NCBI GenBank assembly: GCA_049521735.1 | Contig: JBEKON010000001.1 | Coordinates: 98,604 to 162,603, forward strand | Direction of reading: 5' to 3' | Origin: Verrucomicrobiota bacterium | GTDB lineage: Bacteria > Verrucomicrobiota > Verrucomicrobiia > Limisphaerales > UBA11358 | Length of the DNA stretch: 64,000 bases | In this document: piece after piece, positions 63,707 through 64,000 of the stretch | How the letters are laid out: each line of letters starts with the position of its first letter | Numbering within the stretch: the stretch's first letter is position 1 | Translations under genes and position numbers: made by a program | Notes under the pieces: generated by a model | What the model saw: the letters and a program-made list of their open reading frames with translations, nothing else | Told to the model about the DNA's origin: nothing | The model's database searches: none

Positions 63707-63890
63707 GGGATTCTTTTGTATGCGATTTTTTCGCGCAGCCAGAATGGAGACAACCATTTATTTTTCCAATAAAAAGTCGTTGCATTTTTCCCGGCAATGG
63801 ATAGAAATTCACCATCAGGCAGGAGAAATTGCTCGACCTCTTGTCATTTGGCCGCTACATCGGTTCCTCACGACGGGGTGAATTATCGGT

Positions 63891-64000
63891 ATGAATGGAT
63901 ATTTATATGTTGTCGTGGGGGCTGCTTCCAATCAAGCAGAACTCGTCTACATTTGGAAACAGGCGACGCCGGAAGGCAAGGCGGTCATCGCCTGTCTCTT
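63891..64000 (+). CDS. Possible 5' end of an unidentified gene running off the window
   Basis: ATG 63891, open to the window end (MNGYLYVVVGAASNQAELVYIWKQ...); too short to judge. Confidence 0.2.
   Translation, partial: MNGYLYVVVGAASNQAELVYIWKQATPEGKAVIACL

Noticed and set aside
1-64000. RAYT/IS200-like transposase, other transposases, integrases or phage genes that could explain the repeats
   Set aside because: None are recognisable in any frame of this window. Whether a RAYT exists elsewhere in the genome cannot be judged from this sequence.

Overview
GC-rich (high-50s % G+C by eye) chromosomal segment of a Gram-negative bacterium. The gene content (sulfatase, ExeA/GspB-like pair, pseudopilin-like lipoprotein, CAZymes) suggests the PVC/Verrucomicrobiota group, but that is only a guess. 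About 65 protein genes are present and nearly all are housekeeping: fba (partial), addB-like nuclease, nfi, the C-terminal half of carB, tRNA-Leu(GAG), yjbQ, ribE, ribD, ftsY, PHP phosphatase, nusB, glyoxalase, pfkB kinase, ispA, rpoZ, smpB, rpmB, S1C protease, DUF1015, CDF transporter, argG, a PL-like/CE15/GH28 trio, rtcB, CDGSH protein, uppP, LysM protein, two MFS transporters, sulfatase, DUF554, coaB, metallophosphoesterase, recG, guaA, bamD, lptE, Ser/Thr kinase, murA, prmC, PEBP, fabD-fabG-acpP-fabF, pyrF, hisD-hisC, exeA/gspB-like, tolC, tig, bioD and a PMT-like/TPR membrane protein. I saw no rRNA, CRISPR array, transposase, integrase, RAYT or prophage gene. Four things stand out. (1) The window is densely populated with palindromic repeat elements, including several families with GTAGG...CCTAC termini and two internal hairpins (REP/REPIN-like). 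Many sit in frame inside conserved genes (addB, ribD x3, recG x2, hisC, prmC, the PMT/TPR gene), and some supply the stop codon of fabD, pyrF and murA. (2) A second class consists of short-period (6-10 nt, mostly 7 nt) tandem arrays of 3-5 units, often as inverted pairs forming long hairpins. The unit sequence differs from copy to copy while the architecture is conserved. One such hairpin carries a four-helix-bundle (23S-IVS-type) gene in its loop and abuts a split carB. (3) An AT-richer two-gene insert lies directly after argG (PD-(D/E)XK-like nuclease + DUF2971 protein), followed by a 345-bp block bounded by 20-nt direct repeats. This is my best candidate for an uncharacterised, defence-like accessory module. 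(4) An orphan intrinsic terminator or structured leader lies upstream of a small unknown gene. All calls rest on reading the sequence and remembered family motifs; no searches or folding were run.
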